Assembly: GCF_000341395.1 (NCBI RefSeq)
Contig: NC_020304.1
Coordinates: forward strand, 2,400,001-2,432,000
Direction of reading: 5' to 3'
DNA length: 32,000 nucleotides
Origin: Desulfocapsa sulfexigens DSM 10523
GTDB taxonomy: Bacteria > Desulfobacterota > Desulfobulbia > Desulfobulbales > Desulfocapsaceae
Every line of letters begins with the position of its first letter. Position 1 is the first letter of the stretch. Shown in pieces: positions 8,293 to 15,775 of this stretch. The notes below the pieces were generated by a model that saw only the letters and a list, made by a program, of their open reading frames with translations, was not told where the DNA came from and did not search any database. The position numbers and the translations under genes were made by a program.

Positions 8293-9378
8293 ATGAATTT
8301 GCAGAGTAGTAATTATTCGTACATGCCCCAGCTTGACAGTATTAAAGGTTTGGCAGTTGGAATGATGATTTTTTATCATTGGCTACCAGAACAGTATCGC
8401 TTTCTGGTTTTTGCCGATTTTGGTTTACAGTTTTTCTTTATTATAAGTGGATTTTTCGTTACTCGGACTCTAGTGCATACCCGCTGTGATTCTTCCTTGT
8501 TCAGTGAAAAAATCAGGATTTTGGCTACATTTTATGCGCATCGTTTTCTACGTATTTGTCCACTTTATTATATCCTCATCCTCTTAACATATGTGGTTGG
8601 CATTGCCTCTGTACGCGATTCCTGGCCGTGGCACATAACGTATCTTTCGAACTATTATTTTTTTTTCATCCAGAGTTGGCACGATGAGACATCTCATTTC
8701 TGGTTCTTAGCAGTGCTTATGCAGTTTTATATGTTGTGGCCTGGGATTATTCTTTTTCTTCCAAGAAATTGGCATAAACAAGTATTCTTTGGTTGTATTT
8801 GTCTGACGGTTCTGTTTCGATTTACCATTCCATTGTGTTGGCCCGAGATCAAAATGCTTTCAGTTCTTCCTTGTATGTATCTGGATGCTTTTGGGATTGG
8901 TTCTTTACTCGGATATTTAACAGCTGAAAAATGTGATTTGACTTTGTTTTATAAGATATGCTTGTGGGGGGGAGTTTTGTATGTGGCTTTTCAAGTGGCT
9001 AAATGGCTCGGATTTTCATCTCCTGTGACTATTGTTGCTCAGCGTGAATGTATGTTGTTGGGAATAGGCTGGTTGCTTTTCCATGCCTCTCAGGGCTATG
9101 GTGGAATCGCTGGTATGATTTTAGGAAACAGGGTTTTAAGGTATTTGGGAAAGATTAGTTTAGGATTGTTTCTGATCCATAATTTTTCGGGTATTTTGAT
9201 TTCACTACTAAAACCGGTAATAGACATACCGACGAATAGGTTCAGTGTTACTATTCTCCTATTGAGAATCCTCTTCACTGTCGCTCTGGCAATGGTTTCG
9301 TATCGTTTTCTTGAAAAGCCAATAGCTCAGTTTAAACGGTATGTACCATATCCTGAAATGAGCAAAGGAAACAATTAA
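8293..9378 (+). CDS. acyltransferase family 3 integral membrane protein (second copy of the family)
   Basis: LDSIKGLAVGMMIFYHW, FFFIISGFFVT, multiple TM segments, LGLFLIHNF. ATG at 8293; a GTG at 8266 is an alternative start. Confidence 0.8.
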   Translation: MNLQSSNYSYMPQLDSIKGLAVGMMIFYHWLPEQYRFLVFADFGLQFFFIISGFFVTRTLVHTRCDSSLFSEKIRILATFYAHRFLRICPLYYILILLTYVVGIASVRDSWPWHITYLSNYYFFFIQSWHDETSHFWFLAVLMQFYMLWPGIILFLPRNWHKQVFFGCICLTVLFRFTIPLCWPEIKMLSVLPCMYLDAFGIGSLLGYLTAEKCDLTLFYKICLWGGVLYVAFQVAKWLGFSSPVTIVAQRECMLLGIGWLLFHASQGYGGIAGMILGNRVLRYLGKISLGLFLIHNFSGILISLLKPVIDIPTNRFSVTILLLRILFTVALAMVSYRFLEKPIAQFKRYVPYPEMSKGNN

Positions 9379-9414
9379 AAACTGCTTTTTTCCACCCGGG
9401 GACCTCTGTTAACC
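9376..9414 (+). repeat. short attC-like junction element
   Basis: TAAAAAC contains the acyltransferase stop. Followed by TCCACCCGGGGAC (family motif) and GTTAACC (9408-9414). Confidence 0.3.
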
Positions 9415-9473
9415 GAAGCAAAACTGGAACAGGCCATCATCTCCCTACATGACCAATCGCAATGGAAGGGTGG

Positions 9474-9560
9474 AAGGGGTCAAGTCTCCCTTTGACCTTT
9501 GTGGTGATTGTATGATATAGCAAAAACATGTCAGAAGCACTACGGATATGTTCCATGAGA
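9474..9560 (+). pseudogene. RAYT/IS200-like transposase 5' remnant (copy 2), truncated after about 10 codons
   Basis: 60-nt near-identical leader (GGGGTCAAGTCTCCCTTTGACC...CAAAAACATGTCA), then weaker similarity to copy 1 (CTACG.AT...CATG) up to the cupin RBS. Confidence 0.4.
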
Positions 9561-9572
9561 AAAGGAGTAAAT

Positions 9573-9624
9573 ATGAATACTATATTCCCTGAACCAATTG
9601 GGAATTTACCAAAAGCCGACATTC
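9573..9624 (+). pseudogene. cupin-domain protein, 5' fragment (17 codons) cut by the IS21-family insertion
   Basis: RBS AAAGGAG, then ATG at 9573: MNTIFPEPIGNLPKADI. It joins in frame to 12280 once the IS and one CATTC copy are removed. Confidence 0.8.
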
Positions 9625-9651
9625 TGCATATTCCAGACGATTCCGGCCACC
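9625..9651 (+). repeat. IS21-family left terminal inverted repeat
   Basis: TGCATATTCCAGACGATTCCGGCCACC, compared with the reverse complement of the right end, TGCGTATTCCAGTGAATCCGGCCACC. Confidence 0.8.
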
Positions 9652-9816
9652 GATTCCAGAGTAAACCGGCCACTCATTCCACGTGATTCCGGCCACCGAT
9701 TCCATTTCATTCCGGCCAGTGATTCCAGAGGAATCCGGTCACCCCAAATAGGGAGTAGCGACGCATAGAACCAACTGGTAGAGAGTGCCTTTTTGAATAA
9801 AATTCAAGGAGGGCTC

Positions 9817-11370
9817 ATGCCGAAGAAGAGGTTATCTATGCGAAAAATTAGAGAGGTACTACGACTCAAGTATGAACTTGGGCACAGTAACCGTGAAATT
9901 TCCCGTAGCTGCGGTATTGGCAGCAGCACGGTAAGTGACTATTTACAACGAACCAAAAGAGCAGATCTGGGTTGGCCCCTTCCTGACGACCTAAGCGACA
10001 GCAGCCTTGAACAAACCCTTTTCCCTCCACCGCCTCCACCGGGGACAAGCCGGCTAATTCCAGATTTCTCTGAGATCCACAAAGAGCTCCAATCCAAACG
10101 AGGGGTTACCCTGAACCTGCTGTGGCAGGAATACAAAGAGCAGCATCCTGACGGCTACCAGTACAGCTGGTTCTGCCATAGTTACCGGGATTGGGCCGGC
10201 AAGCTTGATCTGGTCATGCGCCATGAACACCGAGCCGGTGAGAAACTGTTTGTCGACTACGCAGGCCAAACCGTCGATGTCGTTGACCAACACACCGGAG
10301 AAATCACAAAGGCTCAGGTCTTTGTTGCGGTCCTTGGTGCCAGCAACTACACCTATGCTGAGGCCACTCCCAGCCAGAAGATTGAGGATTGGATCGGTTC
10401 ACATGTCCGTACATTTGCTTTCCTGGGTGGGGTTCCGGAAGTTGTCGTTCCAGATAACCTGAAAAGTGGCGTCACAAAAGCCTGCCGTTACGAACCTGAC
10501 CTTAATCCCACTTATCATGATCTGGCCCGACATTATCAAACCGTGGTGCTGCCTGCAAGGGTTAGAAAACCAAGGGACAAGGCCAAGGCTGAGGCCGGTG
10601 TATTGCTGGTGGAACGCTGGATTCTGGCAAAACTCCGTAAACATACTTTCTTCAACATTGACGATCTCAATCGCGAAATAGGCAAACTCCTTGAGCAACT
10701 GAACAACAAGCCTTTCAAGAAGTTATCCGGCAGCCGTAAAAGTCGCTTTGAAGAACTGGACAAACCTGCCCTGAAACAACTTCCAGCCAGCCCTTATGAA
10801 TTATCCTACTGGAAAAAGGCCACTGTACATATCGACTATCATGTGGAGGTCGAGGGACATTACTATTCCGTTCCATATAACCTGGTCAAAAAACAGATTG
10901 AGGTGCGCTATACCAAAAGCACGGTTGAGTGTTACTTTCGTGGTAAACGGGTGGCCAGTCACATCCGGGAGAATCAACGAGGGCACCACACTACCGTCAA
11001 AGAGCATATGCCTGTCAACCACCGAAAGTACATGGAGTGGAATCCGGACAGGTTCAAGCGCTGGGCTGCCAAGGTCGGGCCGGAGACACTCTGCCTCACA
11101 GAGACGCTTCTTGTAAAAAGAGCTCACCCACAACAGGCCTATCGCACTTTGCTGGGCATTCTCCGTCTTGGCAAAGCCTATGGAGATTCACGCCTTGAGG
11201 CAGCATGCCATCGGGCCCTGCATATCAACGCCCTTTCTTACCGCTCAGTGGAATCCATACTCAAAAGCGGCCTTGATCAGAAGCCACTACCGAAGCCGGC
11301 TACAGAGGACAAGCCGGTTAATCACGCAAATATCCGTGGCTCTCAGTATTATTCTCCCTCAACCCACTAA
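9817..11370 (+). CDS. istA: IS21-family transposase IstA
   Basis: N-terminal HTH (MPKKRLSMRKIREVLRLKYELGHSNREISRSCGIGSSTV). DDE core region (FVDYAG...VPDNLKS...). RBS AAGGAGG precedes the ATG at 9817; the ORF-track start at 9793 is a TTG. Confidence 0.92.
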   Translation: MPKKRLSMRKIREVLRLKYELGHSNREISRSCGIGSSTVSDYLQRTKRADLGWPLPDDLSDSSLEQTLFPPPPPPGTSRLIPDFSEIHKELQSKRGVTLNLLWQEYKEQHPDGYQYSWFCHSYRDWAGKLDLVMRHEHRAGEKLFVDYAGQTVDVVDQHTGEITKAQVFVAVLGASNYTYAEATPSQKIEDWIGSHVRTFAFLGGVPEVVVPDNLKSGVTKACRYEPDLNPTYHDLARHYQTVVLPARVRKPRDKAKAEAGVLLVERWILAKLRKHTFFNIDDLNREIGKLLEQLNNKPFKKLSGSRKSRFEELDKPALKQLPASPYELSYWKKATVHIDYHVEVEGHYYSVPYNLVKKQIEVRYTKSTVECYFRGKRVASHIRENQRGHHTTVKEHMPVNHRKYMEWNPDRFKRWAAKVGPETLCLTETLLVKRAHPQQAYRTLLGILRLGKAYGDSRLEAACHRALHINALSYRSVESILKSGLDQKPLPKPATEDKPVNHANIRGSQYYSPSTH

Positions 11371-11390
11371 AACAAAAAGGAAACGATAAA

Positions 11391-12128
11391 ATGCTTCTGC
11401 ATCCAACACTTGAAAAACTCACAACTCTTCGATTCACCGGCATGGCCGCAGCACTCCAGGAACAGATGGACATGGACACTGCAGATAACCTGGGTTTCGA
11501 AGAACGCCTCGGTCTGTTACTTGACCGCGAGCAGGCGGTCAGGGAAACCAGAAAACTTCAGACCAGACTCAGAAAGGCAAAGCTGCGGCAGGATGGCTCA
11601 ATCGAGGATGTAGACTTCCGTCATCCGCGTGGTCTGGATAGGTCACTGGTAACCAGGCTGGCTGACTGCAACTGGATAAAGGAACATACCAATCTGCTTA
11701 TTACCGGCCCCACTGGAGTCGGCAAATCCTATCTTGCCTGTGCCTTGGCCCAAAAGGCATGCAGAGAAGGCTATAGTGCTCTCTATCTCCGTCTGAGTAA
11801 ACTCTTTGAAGATCTGGCTCTTGCCAAGGGGGATGGCCGTTATCTGAAGTTACTGACTGTCTATTCAAAAACAGATCTATTGGTACTTGATGACTATGGA
11901 CTGGCCACACTCAACCAGGAGCAACGCCATGATTTACTAGAAATACTGGAAGACAGACACGGCCTCAAATCTACCTTGGTAACCAGTCAATTACCGGTAG
12001 AGCACTGGCATGAGCGGATCGGAGATCCGACTTTAGCCGACGCCATTCTTGACCGTCTGGTACATGCCGCTCACAAAATCAAACTGAAAGGAGAATCTAT
12101 GAGAAAAAAGAAAGCACGCTTGACGTGA
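11391..12128 (+). CDS. istB: IS21-family helper ATPase IstB
   Basis: Walker A GPTGVGKSYLA, Walker B LLVLDDYG, and a typical IstB C-terminus (DRLVHAAHKIKLKGESMR). Confidence 0.92.
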   Translation: MLLHPTLEKLTTLRFTGMAAALQEQMDMDTADNLGFEERLGLLLDREQAVRETRKLQTRLRKAKLRQDGSIEDVDFRHPRGLDRSLVTRLADCNWIKEHTNLLITGPTGVGKSYLACALAQKACREGYSALYLRLSKLFEDLALAKGDGRYLKLLTVYSKTDLLVLDDYGLATLNQEQRHDLLEILEDRHGLKSTLVTSQLPVEHWHERIGDPTLADAILDRLVHAAHKIKLKGESMRKKKARLT

Positions 12129-12248
12129 GAGCAACACACAGAGTAAGAAGGAAATATTCGCGTCGCTACGCTCCGACACCCTGGCCGGAATCCTCTGGAC
12201 TGGGTGGCCGCTTTGCCGTGGAATTACTGGCCGGAATCAAGTGGACTG

Positions 12249-12274
12249 GGTGGCCGGATTCACTGGAATACGCA
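12249..12274 (-). repeat. IS21-family right terminal inverted repeat
   Basis: Its reverse complement matches the left IR at about 21 of 27 positions. The element ends in CA at 12274. Confidence 0.8.
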
Positions 12275-12563
12275 CATTCCAATGGAGGGCTTAAAAGCGT
12301 ATCTTTCCCAGGCCGAAAACCATCAGATTGTATTTATGGAATTCGAGACTGACGTGGACCTCGCAGAGCATTCACACGCAAGCCAGTTCGGGATTGTCCT
12401 CGAAGGAAAAATTGATCTAAATATTGATGGTAAGAAACACACTTTCGTAAAAGGCGATCGTTATTTTATACCTGGTGGTACTATCCATTCAGGTAAAATA
12501 TATGCAGGGTATGCCGATGTCTCATTTTTTGAAGAACCAAGTAGGTATAGGGTTTCGGAATAA
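12275..12563 (+). pseudogene. cupin-domain protein, 3' fragment
   Basis: PMEGLKAYLSQAENHQIVFMEFETDVDLAEHSHASQFGIVLEGKIDL..GDRYFIPGGTIHSG is a cupin_2 signature. The N-terminal part of ORF 12204..12563 is read-through of the IS right end. Confidence 0.85.
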
Positions 12564-12660
12564 CGGCGACAGCATATCCACTCATTCGAGTGGACGCGAA
12601 GTTGCTGTGCGCCTTTTTTGGGAAAGGTATTTCGTGCGCCACTCAATGACAGTGTTCAAA
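12558..12660 (+). repeat. attC-like junction element (long, composite)
   Basis: GAATAAC contains the cupin stop. TCCACTC/GAGTGGA hairpin (12577-12596). Outer stem GGCGACAGCA/TGCTGTGCGCC with one bulged base. GTTCAAA (12654-12660) lies 10 nt before the next start. Confidence 0.35.
12565..12619 (+). terminator. hairpin plus T6, rho-independent terminator-like (inside the junction element)
   Basis: A 10-bp outer stem encloses a 7-bp inner hairpin and is followed by TTTTTT (12614-12619). Confidence 0.4.
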
Positions 12661-12670
12661 AGGAGAAATC

Positions 12671-13060
12671 GTGGAGTTAATTAAGTCGTTTGTAATCGCT
12701 TCATTATTTGTACTGTTATATGGCTGTGCGTCAATGAATACGCCCTCATCGTCCTTAATTGAAACAAAGCCAGTCGTTACAATTGGTGAAGTCAGCCGTG
12801 CGTCAGAAGATCATGTTGTTTTTATTCCTGCAAATAAAGAATTTCCTGTTGAATTCTCAGTTAAAGGAAATGTGTTTGAAAAAAATGTTTCATCAAAGGC
12901 AATGGTGAGTTTTAAAAAAGACATTTATTTATATAAATATTGGGCAAGCCTTGATGGAAAAAAGTGGGCAAATTCTCACAAGCTTATGAATGTTGAGCCA
13001 TCTGGTGGTTTTGATGTATCTGGCGGCAAAGTCGGAGTTGAAATCAACTTTGCAAAATAG
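12671..13060 (+). CDS. small lipoprotein of unknown function
   Basis: GTG start with RBS AAGGAG. Lipobox VLLYG/C. 129 aa. Confidence 0.7.
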   Translation: MELIKSFVIASLFVLLYGCASMNTPSSSLIETKPVVTIGEVSRASEDHVVFIPANKEFPVEFSVKGNVFEKNVSSKAMVSFKKDIYLYKYWASLDGKKWANSHKLMNVEPSGGFDVSGGKVGVEINFAK

Positions 13061-13129
13061 AAACATGACAAGGCAATTTCACACGGACGTCTCGCTACCG
13101 CCCTACTTCGGAGAATTGCGACGTTAGTG
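13058..13129 (+). repeat. attC-like junction element
   Basis: TAGAAAC contains the stop. TTCACACGGAC (13078-13088) is the family motif. AATTTC pairs with GAGAATT leaving one bulged G. GTTAGTG (13123-13129) lies 11 nt before the GNAT ATG. Confidence 0.4.
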
Positions 13130-13140
13130 TAATACAACCA

Positions 13141-13625
13141 ATGATAAGACAAGCTGAAATTCAAGAAGCGGAAATTTTGACAGAAATATCTTTTAACTCT
13201 AAAGGATACTGGAATTATCCAAAGGAGTTTTACGAAATATGGTCCAAGGAACTGATTATAAGTTCCGATTACATACAAAACAATGATGTATTAGTTTTTG
13301 AAAACGCTGGAAAGATTATCGGTTATTATTCAATTGTGGAACTCAAAGATGATATTGAAATTTCAGGTATCATCATAAGCAAAGGTTTCTGGCTTGAGCA
13401 TGTGTTTATCGAGTCTCATAGTATAGGTCAAGGAATAGGAACAAAAATGTTTGATCACTTACGGGAAAGGTGTTCTTCCCATGGCCTTTGTGAATTGGGT
13501 ATTCTTGCTGATTCTAATTCAGAGGATTCTATGAGAAAATTGGCTGTGAATATAAATTTGAATATCCATCAACTATCAAGAATCGTACAACCCCTTATCT
13601 TCAATTGAAAATAGGGAGGTGCTAA
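13141..13625 (+). pseudogene. GNAT-family N-acetyltransferase with a -1 frameshift near the C-terminus
   Basis: The frame beginning at 13141 carries the GNAT core (LEHVFIESHSIGQGIGTKMFDHL). After about 13522 the conserved continuation GFYEKIGCEYKFEYPSTIKNRTTPYLQLKI is in the neighbouring frame, ending at TAA 13623-13625. Confidence 0.6.
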
Positions 13626-13684
13626 GCACTGCATTGAGAGGATGCAGAAATATCGTTGTGCATTTTTAATGCGGGACGTTAGCC
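13620..13684 (+). repeat. attC-like junction element (best-formed example)
   Basis: TGCTAAG (holds the corrected GNAT stop) pairs with GTTAGCC (13678-13684) over GCTAA/TTAGC. A 4-nt spacer precedes GCATTGAG, which pairs with TTTAATGC at 6 of 8 positions. Apical hairpin ATGCA/TGCAT. A 5-nt spacer GGGAC precedes the core. Total 65 nt. Confidence 0.5.
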
Positions 13685-13699
13685 GGATAAATAGGAATT

Positions 13700-14428
13700 A
13701 TGAAGACACCTTTTATACAGAAATCATCAACCGAAGAGATAAGAAAACGATTTGATAATGATGTCGCACGTTTTTCAAATCTTGAAACCGGGCAGTCTGC
13801 GACTATCGATGCTCCATTAGCTATGGAACTGATTACACGAGCGGCAGTTAAATCAACCAGCAACATACGAAGAGTTTTGGATATCGGCTGTGGAGCGGGA
13901 AATAATACGCTTAAACTTTTACAGTATGCCTCTCCTTTCGATTGTGATCTTATTGACCTGAGTTTACCGATGTTGGAAAAAGCTTGTGAGCGTATTGCAG
14001 CAGTAAACTCGGGGAAAATCAAAACTATTCAGGGCGATTTTCGTAAGATTGATTTGCCACATCAAGGATATGACATCATTCTTGCTGCTGCTGTCCTGCA
14101 TCATTTACGTGATGACCAGGATTGGGAAAAAGCATTCAAAAAGCTTTACAATTTAACCGCCCCTGGCGGAAGCATCTGGATTACGGATTTGATATCTCAT
14201 GAGTCCAAAGCAGTTCAATCTCTCATGTGGGAACGGTATGGAGAATATCTTTGCTCTATGGGAGGTGCCGATTACAGGACAAAAGTATTTGAATACATCG
14301 ACAAAGAAGATTCACCGCGGCCAGTTACATATCAACTGGATTTGCTACGGAAAGTTGGATTTAAACGCACTGAAATTTTACACAAAAATTCTTGTTTTGC
14401 TGCTTTTGGTGCGATAAAAATGGGCTGA
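13700..14428 (+). CDS. class I SAM-dependent methyltransferase
   Basis: Motif I VLDIGCGAGNNT. Acidic D at the end of beta-2 (DLIDLS). AAAVLHHL. 242 aa. Confidence 0.85.
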   Translation: MKTPFIQKSSTEEIRKRFDNDVARFSNLETGQSATIDAPLAMELITRAAVKSTSNIRRVLDIGCGAGNNTLKLLQYASPFDCDLIDLSLPMLEKACERIAAVNSGKIKTIQGDFRKIDLPHQGYDIILAAAVLHHLRDDQDWEKAFKKLYNLTAPGGSIWITDLISHESKAVQSLMWERYGEYLCSMGGADYRTKVFEYIDKEDSPRPVTYQLDLLRKVGFKRTEILHKNSCFAAFGAIKMG

Positions 14429-14514
14429 CAAATCACTGCATTGGAAAAAGGGGTCAAGGGTTTGGGTTACTTTTAGGTATGCACATTTTTTTCCAGTGAG
14501 CTTAAAGGTTAAAT
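14426..14514 (+). repeat. attC-like junction element (subfamily shared with 13620-13684)
   Basis: Shares CACTGCATTG with the previous junction. TCACTG (14433-14438) pairs with CAGTGA (14494-14499). Ends in a perfect GTTRRRY core, GTTAAAT (14508-14514). Contains an AAAAAGGGGTCAAG motif copy. Confidence 0.4.
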
Positions 14515-14565
14515 TCCAAAGATCAGTGCAAAATTAATTTCAATGTAAAGTCATAGGTATTAATA

Positions 14566-15412
14566 ATGTCCCTTTCGGTTATGTTAGTCGTTTTACTTGC
14601 AGCTACACTACATGCGTCATGGAATTTCCTTATTAAACAAAAGAAGGACAAACACATAAGTATGACAGCAGTAGTTCTGGGACATGCCCCATTTGCTCTC
14701 GCTGTACTATTATTCTCACCTCTTCCTCAAATTGAGTCACTTCCTTATATCGTTATTGGAGCGTTGTTGCACACTGGTTATCAACTATTCTTACTATATT
14801 CTTATCGTATTGGTGACTTAAGCCAAGTTTATCCTTTAGCTCGCGGAGTAGCTCCTATAGTTGTCGCTGTTGTTTCAGTTGTTTTTTTGGGAACTCACCT
14901 TGACCAAATAGAACTGTCAGCAATAGCCATTATTGGATCTGGTATAATAAGTTTATCATTGGTTCGACGAAGTCGATGGTTTAAAAAATTATAAAGCCGC
15001 AATTTTAGCAATAGTTACTGGAGGATTTATTGCTGCTTATTCTCTAGTTGACGGACTGGGGGCTCGTGTCGCTACAACTGCACTTGGGTTTTATGGCTGC
15101 TTATCGATCTTAAATGCCATAATTTTTACTATTATAATAAATTTTATTAAGCCAGGGATGGTCAAGATCGTGGCCCAAGAAAATTACAAGTTGGCTTTGA
15201 GCAGTGGTGGTGCATCTTTTACAGCCTACGCATTGGTGATTTGGGCTTTCACCATGGCACCTATTCCAGTAGTCACTGCCCTGAGAGAAACAAGTATAAT
15301 TTTTGCTCTTTTTCTAGGTGTGTTTGTACTTAAAGAAGGACTTGATTTAATTAAAGTATTTGCATCAATGGTTACAATCCTTGGTGCAGGGTTGCTTCGC
15401 ATTAATCGTTGA
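14566..15412 (+). pseudogene. EamA/DMT-family transporter, frameshifted and split into ORFs 14566..14994 and 15158..15412
   Basis: The second half (KAAILAIVTGGFIAAYSLVDGLGARV...) reads continuously in the +1 frame from about 14948. The frame change must lie between 14948 and 14992, a stretch that includes an A6 run (14983-14988). Confidence 0.65.
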
Positions 15413-15419
15413 GGTGCAG

Positions 15420-15463
15420 GTGAAACTACTTCACAATAAAAACTTTATTTAAACCGGTTACCC
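15420..15463 (+). repeat. short attC-like junction element
   Basis: GTGAAAC, then a GTGAA/TTCAC hairpin, the palindrome AACCGGTT, and GTTACCC (15457-15463). Confidence 0.25.
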
Positions 15464-15492
15464 AGGCCCTTAGGAGCACAAAAGATACAATT

Positions 15493-15689
15493 ATGAACAT
15501 TGACATATACATTTATGATCAAGCAGAAGTGCTCGACTTTTCGGGACCACTTCTGGAAACATAGTCACTTCGGGTGGAATATCCGCAGGTATTGACATGA
15601 GTCTATATCTTGTAAGTAAATTGCATTCAATAGAACTAGCAGAAAAGACAGCTCGCCAAATGGAGTTTGACTGGATTAAAAACTCATAA
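15493..15689 (+). pseudogene. DJ-1/PfpI-family protein remnant with a large internal deletion and frame change
   Basis: N-terminus MNIDIYIYDQAEVLDFSGP, then a stop. From about 15555 another frame reads GNIVTSGGISAGIDMSLYLVSKLHSIELAEKTARQMEFDW, the conserved C-terminal third. The central part, about 100 or more codons, is missing. Confidence 0.6.
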
Positions 15690-15745
15690 CCAACTGCTCC
15701 ACTGGACCAGGAAACTTCGCCGGTTCGGTGAATTCTGCGTTATAT
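15684..15745 (+). repeat. attC-like junction element
   Basis: TCATAAC contains the stop and pairs with GTTATAT (15739-15745) over ATAAC/GTTAT. A 7-nt unpaired spacer precedes TCCAC (15698), which pairs with GTGAA (15728). A 6-nt spacer follows. Total 62 nt. Confidence 0.45.
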
Positions 15746-15775
15746 TTAAAATTCAAGAGTAGAAGGAGAAACAGA

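Larger units (their letters stand above)
9625..12274 (+). mobile_element. IS21-family insertion sequence, apparently intact (istA-istB)
   Basis: TG...CA termini. Imperfect terminal IRs of about 26-27 nt. Multiple subterminal CCGGCCAC..ATTCC repeats at both ends, typical of IS21. Flanked by the 5-bp direct repeat CATTC (9620-9624 and 12275-12279). Confidence 0.9.

Noticed and set aside
9437-9673. 78-aa minus-strand ORF spanning the RAYT-leader repeat, the cupin 5' end and the IS left end.
   Set aside because: It crosses three unrelated sequence modules, including a transposon boundary, so it cannot be an ancestral gene.
12125-12563. ORFs 12125..12352 and 12204..12563, which appear to start inside the IS21 right end.
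   Set aside because: The first about 25 codons of 12204..12563 (MAALPWNYWPESSGLGGRIHWNTH) translate the IS subterminal repeats. Only the part from 12280 onward is genuine cupin sequence. 12125..12352 is read-through from the istB stop region.
12565-12619. The hairpin after the cupin gene taken as the complete attC site.
   Set aside because: The GTT at 12601 is not paired with an AAC, and the stem is followed by a T6 run, so on its own it looks like an intrinsic terminator. I treat it as the inner part of a longer composite junction (12558-12660), with low confidence.
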